Virus record (IMG/VR): IMGVR_UViG_3300028887_000099 | Coordinates: 21,888 to 85,887 of that record | Strand: one strand, 5' to 3' | DNA: 64,000 bases | Origin: a virus | Lineage: Duplodnaviria > Caudoviricetes | Part shown: piece by piece, positions 30,712 through 45,082 of the stretch | Position numbering within the stretch: the first letter of the stretch is position 1 | Layout of the letters: each line of letters opens with the position of its first letter | Program-made: the position numbers and the translations under genes | The notes under the pieces: model-generated | The model's input: the letters and a program-made list of their open reading frames with translations, nothing else | Database searches by the model: none | What the model was told of the DNA's origin: nothing

Positions 30712-31497
30712 ATGGATGAAAGTTTTGTTTCATTTAAAAGTTTAGAGGATGTACACTTAAAAGCTACTTATGAAATGAAAGCTAATGGGAAAACTTTTCA
30801 AGAAGGCGAAACTATTGCTTTATTTGATAAAATTTAGATTAGTAAGTTAGATGAAATAAAAAATTATATTGCTGCTCGTGGAGGTTTTGATAATCGGGGG
30901 CACGTATTTTGGGAGACAACTAAAGAAATTTAGTTTACTTTTTCACAAGGAGTTTTCTCAACTTTATAGTTTGGTATTTTAAATAATGCTAATGTTATTT
31001 AGATTGAAGAAGGAGAACCAATTTTAATTACTAAAATAGAAGAATTAGAAAGTAATGCCGTTGGTAATATTATGACTACTGAGGAAGCAGTAGACCAAAT
31101 TTTTATTTATAGAAAATCTGACGGTGAACGGCTTTCTTGGAATAGAATTGGACGGTATTTAAAAATAAATGAAGCCTATTTAGATGTAATTGTATTTTAT
31201 AGATATAATTATGTTGGTGGCGCAGGTGTTGCAAAAATTGGGCAACAATTTCTTGGTGGATTTTTGGAATTAGAGGGAAAAACGAGAGTAAAGGACGATA
31301 CGTCTGGACTAATTACTACGGGTATTATAAAAATCCCGAAACTAAAATTAATGTCTGGCTTATCTATACGAATGGGCGCGCAGGCTAATCCAGTGGTTGG
31401 AACATTTTCCGCTGTAGGCGTACCAGTAGAATTACGACATAACAGTTATGTTATGGAATTTGAATTCTTAAATAATGATATAGATAGTGATATGTAA
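30712..31497 (+). CDS. tail-tube-like paralog (261 aa, TAG=Gln)
   Basis: IAARGGFDNRGHVFWETTKEIQFTFSQGVFS aligns by eye with VDARGGKGNPKLITWDYGKEITINIEDALFS of the tube protein. Confidence 0.6.
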
Positions 31498-31563
31498 ATT
31501 CCATTTACTTTAAGTCAGCATTAGTTTTAGCTAATGCTGATTTTTTATACATGAGGTGGGAAA

Positions 31564-34500
31564 ATGGCAAGTCATAATTAGAGATATACTTTAACTTTTG
31601 ACGCTGAATTAAATATAGGGTAGATGAAAGGAGCACTTAATAATATTTAGAGTGCTTTAAATAAACTAAATATCCCATCTACTGCTACAAAAGGGTTAGA
31701 AGATACTTTTCATAAATTATCAGAAGAACTTCGTAATTTTGAAACTCTAAATGGGAAAGGAATTAAAAGTTCTGGTGATTTTAAGAAAATTGAAACTTCT
31801 GTTGAAAAACTTATTACTTTATATGAACGTTTAAAAGTATAGGCAAAAGATTTGGGTAAAGCTTCTGGAAAAGATTTAGAGAAACTTTTCCCAGCAGGAG
31901 TAACTGAAAATATTAATAAAGCTACTACTGCAATGTCTACTTATATTAATAAAGTTAAAGCAGCATAGACTGAAGTAGATAAATAGAATAAAAAAGTTCG
32001 TGAATGGACTGCACAATTAAATGCTAGAGAACAAAAGAAAGCTTCAATCGAATAGACTTTAAATACAGCAACGGCAAATGTTGGTGCTGCTGAAAATGCA
32101 ATAAAATCTAAAGCTAGAATTGATGATATTGCGGCTGCTTATGATAAAGTCCGAGAAATGGCTGATAAAGCTGCGGCTTCAGCATAGAAATATGAGGCTG
32201 TTGTTGCAGCAGGAACTGCGACTTCTGGTTAGAAGAGTGTAGTGACTAGAGCAAAAAATTTATAGACATTAATTAAAGAATATGATAATGCAAAAGCTGC
32301 TGCAAAAACAGCAACCACAGATTTAGAAAAAACTGATAAAGAAATTGAGAACGCGCGCCGTGCACTTGAAAAATATTAGGCATTAGTAGCAGACGCTTTA
32401 AAAAATCAACCAGTAGCTGAATCTACTGCTTTAAATAATCTTTTTCAAGATTTAGAAAAATTAAATGGTATAGATTTATCTAATTATGACCATACTTTTG
32501 AAGGAGCTAAAAAAGCTTTAAGTGATTTTGTTTAGGCTAATGGCTCTGCTGCAATTCAAGAAATTAACGGTTTTATTTAGGTTTTAGAAGCTGAAGGAGT
32601 TAATTGTGATGAATTGCGTCAAAAAATAGAAGCAACACGTATTGAGGACGAGCGTCTTCAAAATTAGATGCGTGAAATTGGCGCGATTAAATAGCGTATT
32701 TAGTATTTCTTTGGCCTTCAAAATACAATTAATTTAGTAAAGCGTGCTATTCGTAGTGCTTTTAATACAATTAAAGAACTTGATAAAGCTATGACTGAAA
32801 CAGCAGTTGTTACTGACTTCTCTGTTTCTGATATGTGGGCATAGTTGCCTGAGTATACAAAGCGCGCGAGCGAACTTGGAGTTACTACATTAGAAGCATA
32901 TCAAGCTGCTACACTTTATTATCAGTAGGGTTTAAAGACAAATGAAGTAAATGCATTGTCTATTGAAACATTAAAGATGGCGCGTATTGCAGGTCTAGAG
33001 GCTGCTGATGCTACTGACCGTATGACTAACGCTCTTCGTGGTTTCAATATGGAATTAACTGAAGCTAATGCATAGCGAGTGGATGATGTATATTCAGAAC
33101 TTGCTGCAAATACTGCATCAAATGTTGATGAAATTTCAACTGCTATGACTAAAGTTGCTTCTCTTGCTAATAATGCAAATATGGAATTTGAAACTACTGC
33201 GGCTTTCTTAGCACAAATCATTGAAACTACTCGTGAAAGTGCAGAAACTGCTGGTACTGCATTAAAAACAGTTGTTGCACGTTTTTCAGAAGTTAAAAAA
33301 TTAGTTGATGAAAATACTATTCGTGGTCAAGACGAAGAAGGTTAGGTTATTGATGTTAATAAAGTAAGTACTGCTTTACGTTCTGCTGGAATTGATTTAA
33401 ATAAGTATTTTCTTGGCGAAGTTGGCCTTGATGATATTTTTATTGAACTCGCTGAAAAATGGGATTCTTTAACTTCTTTATAGCAACGTTATATTGCAAC
33501 TTAGGCAGCTGGTTCTCGTTAGCAATCTCGTTTTATTGCATTAATGTCTGATTATGCACGTACTTAGGAATTAGTTGGAAAAGCATATAATGCTAATGGA
33601 GCAAGTGCGCGTTAGTTTGAGAAAACACAAGACTCATTATAGTCTAAATTAGCTCGTCTAAAAAATGAATGGAACGAATTTTTAATGGGCTTAACTAATA
33701 ACGTTGTTATTAAAACAGCAGTTGATTGGTTAACTAAATTATTACATGGATTTAATTCCCTTACTAGTGCAATTGGTGAAGGTACTAATGGTTTAGTAAA
33801 ATGGGGTGTAGAATTAGGTATTGTATTAGGTACTCTTAAACTTGCTAAAGGTATATTTAAAACTGGTGGTATTTTAGATGCAGGTTTAGGACTTTTAACT
33901 GGCGGTACTGTTGTTGGTAATGCTTTAGAGAAAATAGGTTTAACTACTAAAGCTGGTGCAGGAGCTACTAGTGCAGCAGCACGGGGTGGTGCTCATTTAG
34001 CAGGTGCGGCTGGTACAGCTGGAACTACAGGCACAGTAGCCGGTACAGGATTAATGGGCGGTTTAGCCAAAATGGGGGCAAAAATCGCAGGAAAAGAATT
34101 GGCAACAAGTGCGGCTGCTATGGCTCCTGGAATGATTTCTTCTCTTGGTGCGATTGCGACTGCTTTAGGTGTTGTGGCTGCTGCTGTTGGAGCAGTTATT
34201 GCAGCATATTAGCTTTGGTTACATTTTTCATTAGCTGGGCAATTGAAATAGGCTGAACAATTTGCTGATATAATGAATAAAAATGCTAAAAATGCCAAGA
34301 AAGCTTCTGAAGAAATTAAGGCTATGTCAGAGTCTTACGAAAGTTATACAGAAGCAGTTCAAACTGCCTCTAATATAGAAGAAAGAAGCGCAGCAATAAA
34401 AGAACGTAATGATTATATTACTTCTTTATTAGAATAGAATTCAGCATATGCTTAGTATTTGGAAACTGAAATTTAGAATGGAGAAATTATTTTAACTTTT

Positions 34501-37500
34501 GATACTGAAAAATTAGAGGAAGGAATTAAGAAAGCCGAAGAAGGTGCAGAAAAAGCATAGGTTGGAGCAGATATGGCTACAGCAGTAGCAGCAGGTAAAT
34601 AGGCTGATATATATGAATAGTAGTTACGAAGTGCTGGTATTGATTTAGAAAAAGGTACAAAAACTACTGAATATCAAACAGCAAATGGAGAGATTCAAAC
34701 AATTGTTCAAGATTTAACTAAAGAAGAAATTGCTAAATATAGTGCAATTTCTTTAAAAGCTGAAGCTGCAAGAGCAGAAGAACAAAGTTATGCATAGATG
34801 GCATATCTTCGTAATTTTACAACTTCAGATTTAAATATAGATGATAATTTAGCTAGCTTATTTGCTGAAGGTTTCGCATAGACTTTTTCTGAACAATAGG
34901 GTGAAGATGAATTTTTAGAAAACGTTAATAAGAAGCGTTTCCAAAATTGGTGGAATGGTTATGCTACTAAAGAAGAGTTATAGAGATAGTATAAAGAATT
35001 ATATGGTACTGATGCTGGGGATTTAAAAAGGGGAGAATTAGCCAAACTTGTAGCAGAAGCCTAGGTAACAGAAGAAGAAGTAGGAAAATCTGAAAATACT
35101 GTAGCAGAATTATTAGCAAGTGATTAGGCTGAGTTATATAAAACAATTGCTGATGCATATTAGAAAGCTGGAGAAAAAACTACTGAATCATTATTAACCT
35201 TAGATATTGAAAATGATACTGAATTAGCAGAATATTTAGGTTTGGAAAATTTAGTAGATGGTTTTAGTGAATTAGAAAAAGCAATTGGTTTAGATGAAGG
35301 TGCTCTACGTGAGCACATGAAAACTTAGTTAAAACTTCAAAAATAGGCTTAGCAAGAAGCTGTAAATGCTACAGCAAAACGAATGCTTACTGCTGGGGCC
35401 TATTCTGATGAATAGATTATTAAGTTTGAGTTATTAAAAGATACTGCTGATTAGGAATATATTAATAAACTTTTAACTCAAGTTGAAGATTTTAGTTTTG
35501 GAGATAAAATTGTTAATTCTATTATAGATGCTATGGCAGAAGAGGATTGGTAGGATTCTGCTTTTTAGAGTTGGTTTAATAATCTTGATTTATCAAATCC
35601 AATTCAAGCATCAAATGAATTAAATAATGCTTTAGAATCAACTGATGAACGAATTCGTCAATTAGCTGAAGATATTTTAAATAGTGGAAATGCTGTTGCA
35701 GAATTTTCTGATAGCGCGCAAATTCAATATTTTTTAACTAGTGAGTCCTTTGAAAATTTAAGTGAGTCTTTAGATGACTTTAAAGAGAAAAATGGAGAAA
35801 TTACTTCTTCTAATATAAAAGAGTTAGCTAAATCTAATAAAGATTTAAACACTTTATTAAAAAATAATGTTGTCACAGCCAAAGGATTAGCTAATATACT
35901 AAAAGGGTTAGATGATGGTAAATTTACCTTTATGGATATTAATGATGCTATTTTAGCAGCAGTTAATAGTCTTGATGACCTTGATGGTATGGTTAGTGAT
36001 TTAATTGATGACCTTAATAGTTTTGACCCTGGCTTTGATGAAGATGATATTACTGGTTTTATTAATAAAGTTTATGATTTTTCTAAAGAAAAATTAGAAA
36101 AAGGTGCTTATGGCAATAATGCTATGGGTAACTATATGCGCTATATTTTTGGTGATCCTAAAGAAGGAGAAAAATATGGTGAAGGATATATCAATTGGTT
36201 AAATCGAAATCTTGCATGGCTTGAAGCAAATAAAGAAAATATGTACTCTGCCTGGACTGAAATTGCTGGAAGTTCAGAAGAGGGTGCTAAAATTTATGGC
36301 GATGGTGTCAGGTTATGGGAAGAAAACGGTGAAATTTTTATTGACACTTTAGGTCATACTACAGAAGAAATAGTTCAAATTTTAACAGAAGGATCTAAAG
36401 GAACAGCCAATTATACGGAACAACAAATCCGTATGATGATTGGAGATTTAAAACAATATTCAGCAGATTTAGCCTAGGCTCTTTCAGAAGCAGACTTGCC
36501 AAAAGCCATTGAAGCTTGGTATGAAGAACTAGATGAAATTCATGGAATTAAAATATTTGATGAGGCTCAAGTTAAAACATTATCTTCAGTATTAAATGTT
36601 TCAGAACAAGAAATTTGGACCGCTATTCAAAATCTTGCAAAAGATGCTGATGATTTACGTAGAATTGAATGGGATATTAATACTGATGGTATAGTTGATG
36701 GTTAGGAACGTTTAAAAATTTTAGAAGATTTAGGTGCAAAAATACGTGGATATTATACCATTGCAGGAAAAGAAGCTGATGAACGAGTATATTTAACATA
36801 GCATACTTTAGGTGGCAAATATACTAGTACTGGTCAATATGAAATTATCAATGCTGATAATTTACGTCAAGAATTACAAAGTGCAGGATTGGTAGAATAT
36901 TTTAGTTAGATTTTAAATGATTGTATTAAAGAAGGAGATCATTTTGTTCAAACCATTCGAGGTCAATTAACTGATATTGAAGTTCAAGCTGGCGAAACAG
37001 CTGGAGATGCTTTAGCCAGAGTAACTAGTGAAGTTGCAGATGAGGCGTTGGCTACTGCAATTAGTGAAAAATTAGCTGATGCATTAACAGATCTTAAAGT
37101 TGGTCTTGATACAACTGAATATGATGAGTAGTCTGCAGCAGTAAAGGAAGATTTGGAAGTTATAGATAATACTGAAGTTGCTCCTACTCTTACTGCCAAT
37201 ACTAGTCAAGCTGATGCAGCAATATAGACTACTACTTCACTTTTAGATGGTTTTGCTGCAAGACCTAATGTAATAGAAAAGACTATCCGTATGAGATATG
37301 AAGTAATGCATACGGAAGTTACTGATAGAGCAGCCACAGGAGGTATTGTACCTTCATATGCTAGTGGTAGTCATCGTTTACATGCAGGATTTGCTTTAAC
37401 AGGAGAAGAAGGACCAGAAATTATTTGGAATAAAAAATAGGGTTATAGTTATATTACTGGTTAGAATGGCCCTTAGTTCCAAAATTTAAATGCTGGAGAT

Positions 37501-39129
37501 AGAGTATTTAATGCATAGGAAACGGCGCGAATTTTACGTAATTCTGGTTTGTTTGGGTCATTTGCTAGTGGTAGCCATGTTGCTCGTGGTTATGGAGGAA
37601 CTGTTAAGACAACGGTTACTGGTTCTCCAGAAAATCCTGAGGCAGAATATGAAAAATAGTCTACTTGGTATAATGATTTAGATTGGTTATATAATCTTAT
37701 GGAAGATATAGCTGAGCTTGAACGTTAGCAAAATTTCCTTCAAACTCAACACAATATTTATCTAAAAGATATTAATGCAACAGGTCGTGACCTTTATAAT
37801 ACAACGCGTTCAGAATTAAATAATTTAGCTACTCAGCTAGATAATGAATAGGTGGCTTAGTTAAAAAGACTTTAGTAGATGCGTGAACTTTTTACTATGT
37901 TTCCACAATATGCTTAGTATGCTTGGTGGAATAGTAGTGATTAGACTCTTGAAATTAATTGGGATGCAATTGAAGCGATTCGAGATAAAGATACTTATGA
38001 TGAAGTAACTGAACTTATAAGTCGCGCCGAGGCTATTCAAGGGCAAATTGATGACGCTGAATCTGCTATGTGGTCTATAAAAGAATAGATTCAAGAACTT
38101 CAAGACCGTTACTTATAGAAATATTTAGATTTCCAAGACCGCGTATTAAATGCTTTAGTTGCACAATATTAGGCTACAATTGACAATCTTTCTACTTTAA
38201 ATGATACAATTAATGATTCTAATAATGCAATTTTAAATTCTATTTAGAATGAGATTGATTTAGCTCGTTAGATTCGTGATAATACTGATACAGAAAAAGA
38301 ATTATCTGATTTAGAGGCGCGCCTAGCCTATTTACAACGCGATACAACTGGTGCGAATGCATAGGAAATTCATCAACTTCAAGAATAGTTAGATGAAGCT
38401 CGTCAAGGATATAGTGATACATTAATTGATTAGTCTATTGACCGTTTAGCTTAGGCAAATGATAAAGCTGCCGAATAGCGTGAAAAGCAAATTGAGTTAA
38501 TGCAGGCTTAGTTAGATTATTTATAGAAATCTGGTAGTTTATGGAATGAAGTAGCTACCCTAATGGAAGGTGGTTTTGCTGGAGATGGCACCGTTATTCG
38601 TTATTCATAGCTTGAGTAGGTTTTACGTAATGCTGAAGATTGGGATGCTATGTCTTAGGCGCAACGAGATAATTGGGCTAATGAATTAATTCTTGAAACT
38701 AATGAAGTTGGCGCGCACCTTATCCAAATTAGCGAAGGACTTGATTCAATTAGTGCTGGTGTATGGGCTTCTATTCCTGCTCATTCCTATACAGCTACAA
38801 AGGTTGAAGAAAAATATGCTACTGGTGGACTTAATACTTATACTGGTCTTGCGCATTTAGATGGTACACCTAGTGCACCCGAATATGTATTAAATGCTCG
38901 TTAGACAGATGCATTTTTACGTTTGGCTGAGGTTCTTCCAACTTTTATGGGAACCAATACAAATACAATTTCTAACTCTTATGGTGGAGATATTTATCTT
39001 GATATAAATATGCATGTAGATGAAATAGGTAGTAATTATGACGTAGATAAAATTGCAGAACGTGTAAAGGATATAATTTATGATGCAAGTTCTTATCGTA
39101 ATGTAAATACATTGAATTTTATACGTTAA
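31564..39129 (+). CDS. tail tape measure protein (2521 aa, TAG=Gln)
   Basis: Track fragments 33079, 33685, 35932, 36496 and 38923 share one frame; TP901-type TMP core (ELAANTASNVDEISTAMTKVAS), Gly/Ala-rich hydrophobic segment, long helical repeats. Frame spot-checked rather than read codon by codon. Confidence 0.88.
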
Positions 39130-39189
39130 AAACTACTTAAATACGGAGATAGAGGGGACGAAGTCCCCTCTATAAAAGGGGGAATTTTA

Positions 39190-39996
39190 ATGAGTGTTTT
39201 TTCAGGAGATTTCTTAGGATTTACATTAGGGGATGTTCATTCAGAACAATTAAATATTACTAGGGTTAGTTCTGGTGATAGATATGATGATATTTTATTA
39301 CCTAATTTTAAGGATACTACTGTTGAGGTACCAGGTGGGGATGGTCTTTATTATTGGGATACATTTTATAATTAGAAGCCTTTTACTTTAAATTTTGCTT
39401 ATGATGATTTGCGTGATGAGGATTTACGTAAACTTAGATAGATTTTTGGTTTTAAAGGTATATAGCCTTTAATTTTTGATGAAACACCATATAAAAAATA
39501 TATGGTGAAATGCGCGGCGCCACCTACATTTCGTTATATATGTTTTGATCATTTAGAAATGAGGTTATATAAAGGAGAAGGAACTGTAAATTTAATTGCT
39601 TATTATCCTTATGCATTAGCTACTTTTTCACCTAATTTTTTAAATGCAACGACAGCCGTTATTAATAATACTGGAGATTTAGGGGCTTTTATAAAGATTT
39701 TTTATACTATAAGTAATGCTACAGGTTTAACCACAATTCAATTAAAAGATATGAATAATAATCAATTAAACGAATTAAAATTTAGAGGTTTTACAAAATA
39801 GGGTAATGATAGTTATATTATGCTTGATTTTAGAACTCATCTAATTGAAGGTTTAAATTCAAGTTTTTAGAAAACTGGTAATTTATATAATAAGTTTATA
39901 TAGAGTGGAGATTTTTTCAATGCACCTGTTGGGCGTACCCAATTTTCTTCTAATAAAAGTTTTTATAAATTAGAGTATACTCCACTTTATTATTAA
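39190..39996 (+). CDS. distal tail protein (268 aa, TAG=Gln)
   Basis: Follows the TMP; TVEVPGGDG motif typical of Dit N-termini. Confidence 0.75.
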
Positions 39997-40007
39997 GGAG
40001 GCAAAAT

Positions 40008-43000
40008 ATGGATAAATACGAAATTAGTTTATGGGAAGATTATTCTGCCTCTAATTCTACCTATTTTAATGAACGGAAAATATGTGTAATTGGTTCTGAC
40101 ACAATGACGTCATAGTCGCGCGCTCACGAACCTAATTTAGTGGAAGATATTAATGGTACGCATACTTTTACCTTTAAAATGTATATTTATTATACTGATG
40201 GTATAACAGGAGAAAAAATTAAAAACCCTTTTATATAGTATTTAATTAATGAGAGAAAAATAAAAGTATTTTGGAAAAATGAATGGTATGATTTAGTTAT
40301 TAAAAAATGTTAGGAAGATTCTAGTGGAAAAATCATCACTTATACTTGTACTGATTTATTTATTAATGAATTAAGTAAAAGTGGCTATTCTTTAGAATTT
40401 TCTACAGAGTTAGAAAATAATATTGGAACTATTGAAGAATTAGCAACAGCAGTATTAAAAGGTTCTACATGGTAGTATGATAGTTAGTAGTCTGATTATA
40501 TTGAATAGTATTGCGAAGGGACGGTTTATGAAGTTGTTGTATCTCGTGGCTTTACCGCAACTCGTTAGGCTTATGATACTACAGCAACTTAGAACATTAA
40601 TAGTGGTCAAAAAATATTAATTTTTTATGATTCTGTAGCTAGTTATTTTGATTTGAGTGGTAGTTAGTCTGCTACAATTTAGTTTTGGTATTCTGATAGC
40701 TATATAACAGATGTTAATGATATTTTAGTCACTACAGGAAATTGTTATAAAGCAGATTTTATTCTTAAGAAAAATGGAAACTACTTAGAAGGTTATATTA
40801 ATAATATTAATAATATTAATAATAGAGTTTTTCAACTTGATTTTTCCCAAGGGGTGTCTTAGAATTATCGCGCACGCCGTATGATTTAGTCACAAAAAAG
40901 TGAATATGACGATTTACTTGGTAGATATGTATTGCTTTGTAAAAAAGATGGTAAAGAAATTTATGAAATTGCTACTACTGAATATTCTGACCCATTAGCA
41001 GTAATTAATTTAATTGCTAATCCTAAAGATTTTACTAGTATGGAAGGGTGGATTGGTGGAGATGGAGTTATAACTTGGAAAATATATCCGGAATTTACAA
41101 GTACTACAACTATTAGCACTTATACTGCCACTTCTTATTTAAAAATAAATGGTTGGTGGGCTGACACAAATACAGGTTATATATATAATACTGGTTTATA
41201 GTCAAATATTTCTTATTTTACTCCAACTGCGCTTGAAATTAAAGATGGTAAAATCGGTGGGATTACAAAAGGGGAGAAATATGTTAGCCGCTTTAAAGCT
41301 AAAACCGATAATAATAATAATCCAGGTTCATATGTAAAAGCTGAAGATGGTAAAAAAATTTTTTGTTAGCTATTTAAATATGATAAAAATACTTATAAAG
41401 TAATTAATAAAAATGAAGGTGTTTTTGTTGTAGGTTCTATGACCGATAATGATAAGTGGGTTGAAGTAATTTTAACAGCTAATTAGTCTATTTCGGCTCA
41501 AGAAATGAATGATTATGGTTTATTTATTTATTGTAATGGTACTTATTGGATTGAAGATATATAGTTCTTTAAATATATGGAAGGTATTACTTCTTATAAT
41601 AGTACAGATTATAAGCGAATGAACCCTGGGGAAATCTCTCTTCAATCAGTTGCACGCCCAGTATATAAATATTATAATAAAAACCATTCAAATATTACAG
41701 ATCCAACTCAATTAACTTATCTTGGAGTTTTTGATACAGAGCAAATTACAACTTACCCACCAGTATATAATAATTATGAAAAAATAGCTACTATTGAAGC
41801 AAAAGAATCTAATCGTTTCAATATTTTATAGTCTTTAGCTGAAACGTTTTAGGCTTGGGTAAGATTTAGAATAGAACATAATGATGATGGTTCTATTAAG
41901 TTTGATAATAAAGGGATTCCATAGAAATTTGTTTATTTTAAAAAAGAGATTGGAGAAGACACTGGCATATCTTTTGAATATGGTATTGATTTAAAATCTA
42001 TTAGTCGTACAATTGATTCTGATAAAATTACTACTAAAATTATAGTTTAGAATAATGCAAATGAATATGCTTAGAATGGTTTTTGTTCAATCGCGCGCAG
42101 TAAATAGAATTTTAGTCGTGAAAATTTTATTTTAAATTTAGACTATTATATATAGCAAAATATTTTAGATAAATAGACTTTAAATAAAGATTTATATGGT
42201 ACTGGTACAAATAATATTGGATATTATTATTATTTAAGGAAGTATAATACAGAATATGATGAAATTACTGATTTATTAACTACTAAAAGAACTGAATTAA
42301 TAAAATAGAAAGCTGAATAGGAAGTTTATTCTTAGTATCTTTTGGCCGCTCAATAGCAAAAAGAAAATTTAGAATCTGATTTGATGAATTTAGCTGGTGT
42401 AACTACTTGGACTGGTGCACAAGTTTATGCTCGTGAGCATACTCAAAATGAAAAAGTATAGAGTCTTCTTAATGCTTGGGCTGAGAATAAGATATAGATA
42501 GATTTATATCAAAATTCACTCAATTAGATTAAAAATTCTATTACAACTCTTTCAAATTATATTACTAATAAAGAGAATAGGCAAAAAACGTTAATTGAAG
42601 ATATTACAACTAAGCACATTCAATTTAACAATAAATATTGTAATTATTTGATGGAAGGAACTTGGTAGGATGAGAGTTATGTAGATGATGATAAATATTA
42701 TTTGGATGCTATAAATGTAGCTTATACTTCTAGCCGTCCTCAACTTTCATATACAATTAGTGTATTACGTTTAAGCTCTTTAGACGATTATAGTTCAAAA
42801 ATATTTAAATTAGGCGATATTTGTTATATGTAGGATAAAGAATTTTTTGGCTATAATAGTGATAATATTACCCCATATAAAGAGCGTATTTTAGTAAGTA
42901 AAATTAGTTCTTTTTTTGATACTCCAGAAAAAGATATTATTACCGTGCAAAATTATAAAAGTCGTTTTGATGATTTATTTTAGCGAATCACTGCTACAAC

Positions 43001-44687
43001 TCAAAGTTTACAATATGCCGAAGGTACATTCGCGCGCGCGGCAGGAGCAATAAATCCAGATAAAACTTTAAGTTTTGCTATATTACAAGATACTTTTGAT
43101 TATAATGCAGATTTAGTTTTAAATAGTTCTAACTAGAATGTTGTATGGGATGATACTGGTATTACAGTAACTAATAAGTTTAATAGTGCTGATAAAACTA
43201 AAATAATTGCAGGCGGTATTTTTGTTAGTAATGATGGTGGTGTGACTTGGAAAAATGCCGTTCGTGGAGATGGAATTTCTACAGATTTATTAACTGCGGG
43301 CCGTATAAATACAAGCGAAATTTATGTTTATGATGGTAATGCGCCTTCTTTTAGATGGGATAGCCAAGGAATTACCGCTTATAGTTATACTAATTCTAGT
43401 ATTAATTTTGGAAAATTTGTACGTCATGATAAATATGGTCTTTACGGGTATAGTGGTACAAAAGACTTTAATCCAACTGATGAAGATTCTATTTGGAATA
43501 ATTGTAAATTTGGACTTACTTGGAAAGGGTTTTTCTTAAAAGGAGCAAATGGTGGCTCTGCTGTTGAAATTTCTGATAAAGGTAATGGAGTTACTTTTTA
43601 GATGAAAAATTCTATAGGTAACAATTCACTTGAAATTTCAACTACTAACGATATAATATTAAAAACTGGGAATATTAATAGAGTTATAATTGGGCGTTTA
43701 AATCCTTCTAGTTCAAATACTGCTTATGGTATTTAGATAAAAGATAATACTGGTAATAATATATTTAAAGTAAGTTCTGATAATGAAAATTCAATTGGTG
43801 GATGGAATTTAACAAAAGATTCATTTTATCATGCTTCTGGTAATAATAAAATTGGGTTATATTCTTCAGGCACTAATGCTACTGTTAATGGAGAAAATGG
43901 TACTTATTATATTCTTGCTGGAAATAATTTTGGTGTTACTATTGATGGTAAAATATATGCTAGTGCTGGTAAAATTGGTGGTTGGGCAATTTAGTCTGAT
44001 AGATTACGTAGTAATGTTGCTAATAATAGTTATATAGATATTTTAGCAAATGGTAGTATTAAAGGAATTGTAAATAATACTGAAAAATGGAGTATTGATC
44101 GCAATGGAATGGCCACTTTTAATAATGCTAATATTACTGGTGGGAAAATTGATTTAGGTAAAGCAAAAATAGAAAATGGTATTGGACATTTTGAAGATAT
44201 TGTAATTACTGGTAATAATAGTAGTTTTAGAATGGGAAATGTTTAGATTACAAATGATTAGTTATATACTACTGTTTTACATGCTAGTGGTGGTGGCTCT
44301 GTTGGAGGATGGAGTATTGGATCTAACACTTTAAGTGGTGGAGGTAATACGGTATTATGTTCTGATGGCTATCTTATAATTGGTGGTTATCAATTAAGGG
44401 CCGGTAGTATTGAAGGTGCTCCTGGATTATGGTGTAGTGGAAATATATCAGCACCAAGTTTTACCACTAGTGGATACTTTATTACGGCGGGGGGTTATGT
44501 ATCAGCTCAATCATTAACTTTAACTGGAGGAACAACATGTAGTGTTAATGGTAGTGATTTATCGAAATTATATGAATGGGGATATTTAGATAGTTATAAA
44601 TATTTAAATCCTTCTTTATTAGCACGAACAGGGCGCTATCGAGTTTACGATGCAGAAGGAGCTACTATTGGTTGGGTAGACTTATAA
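40008..44687 (+). CDS. baseplate hub/tail spike, host-recognition protein (1559 aa, TAG=Gln)
   Basis: Fragments 40932, 41577 and 43242 are in one frame; follows Dit; C-terminal GGWxI repeats typical of tail spikes/fibres. Confidence 0.78.
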
Positions 44688-44691
44688 AAAT

Positions 44692-44724
44692 AAAAGACGT
44701 AAGATTAAATCTTACGTCTTTTTT
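44692..44724. terminator. bidirectional terminator between structural and replication modules
   Basis: AAAAGACGTAAGAT-TAA-ATCTTACGTCTTTT perfect 14-bp stem between convergent stops. Confidence 0.85.
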
Positions 44725-45082
44725 AATTATCTATCATATATAAAATCTTTTCTATTCTATCTGCATTAATTAATTCTTCTCCAAAATCTTCTAATTTTAA
44801 TTTTTCTATTTCAATATTATTTTCTACACTCCAAAGAATATTAACATCATGGGTAAAACTTTCAATGTTTTTTTGTGGGATAGAAAATTCTTCTCCTCCA
44901 GTTTCTTCTCCATATTGCTTTAAAAGTTTTGTACGTGCTTCTATAATTGCAGTATAATAAGGTTCTAATAATACTTTATTTTTAGCTAAAATAAAACTTG
45001 TTTTCACTTTAAATTTTAAATTTTTATCACTGCAAATATCCCATAAGCCTTCATATAATTTAAAAATTTCTCCATTTGTCAT
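44723..45082 (-). CDS. hypothetical protein
   Basis: 119 aa, adjacent to the previous stop. Confidence 0.7.
   Translation of the reverse strand: MTNGEIFKLYEGLWDICSDKNLKFKVKTSFILAKNKVLLEPYYTAIIEARTKLLKQYGEETGGEEFSIPQKNIESFTHDVNILWSVENNIEIEKLKLEDFGEELINADRIEKILYMIDN

Noticed and set aside
17746-44687. Pseudogenised (decayed prophage) structural genes
   Set aside because: Interruptions are exclusively TAG, frames are preserved, and stops and starts overlap cleanly under code 15; decay would produce all three stops and frameshifts.
17746-44687. TAG as pyrrolysine or simple leaky readthrough
   Set aside because: TAGs are far too dense, fall at conserved Gln positions, and no pyl genes are seen.
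40008-44687. Diversity-generating retroelement target in the tail spike gene
   Set aside because: No reverse transcriptase and no template/variable repeat pair found in the window.
44692-44722. Extra copy of the cassette palindrome (shares AGACGTAA...ACGTCT)
   Set aside because: Different spacer length, no adjacent promoter, and fully explained as a bidirectional terminator.
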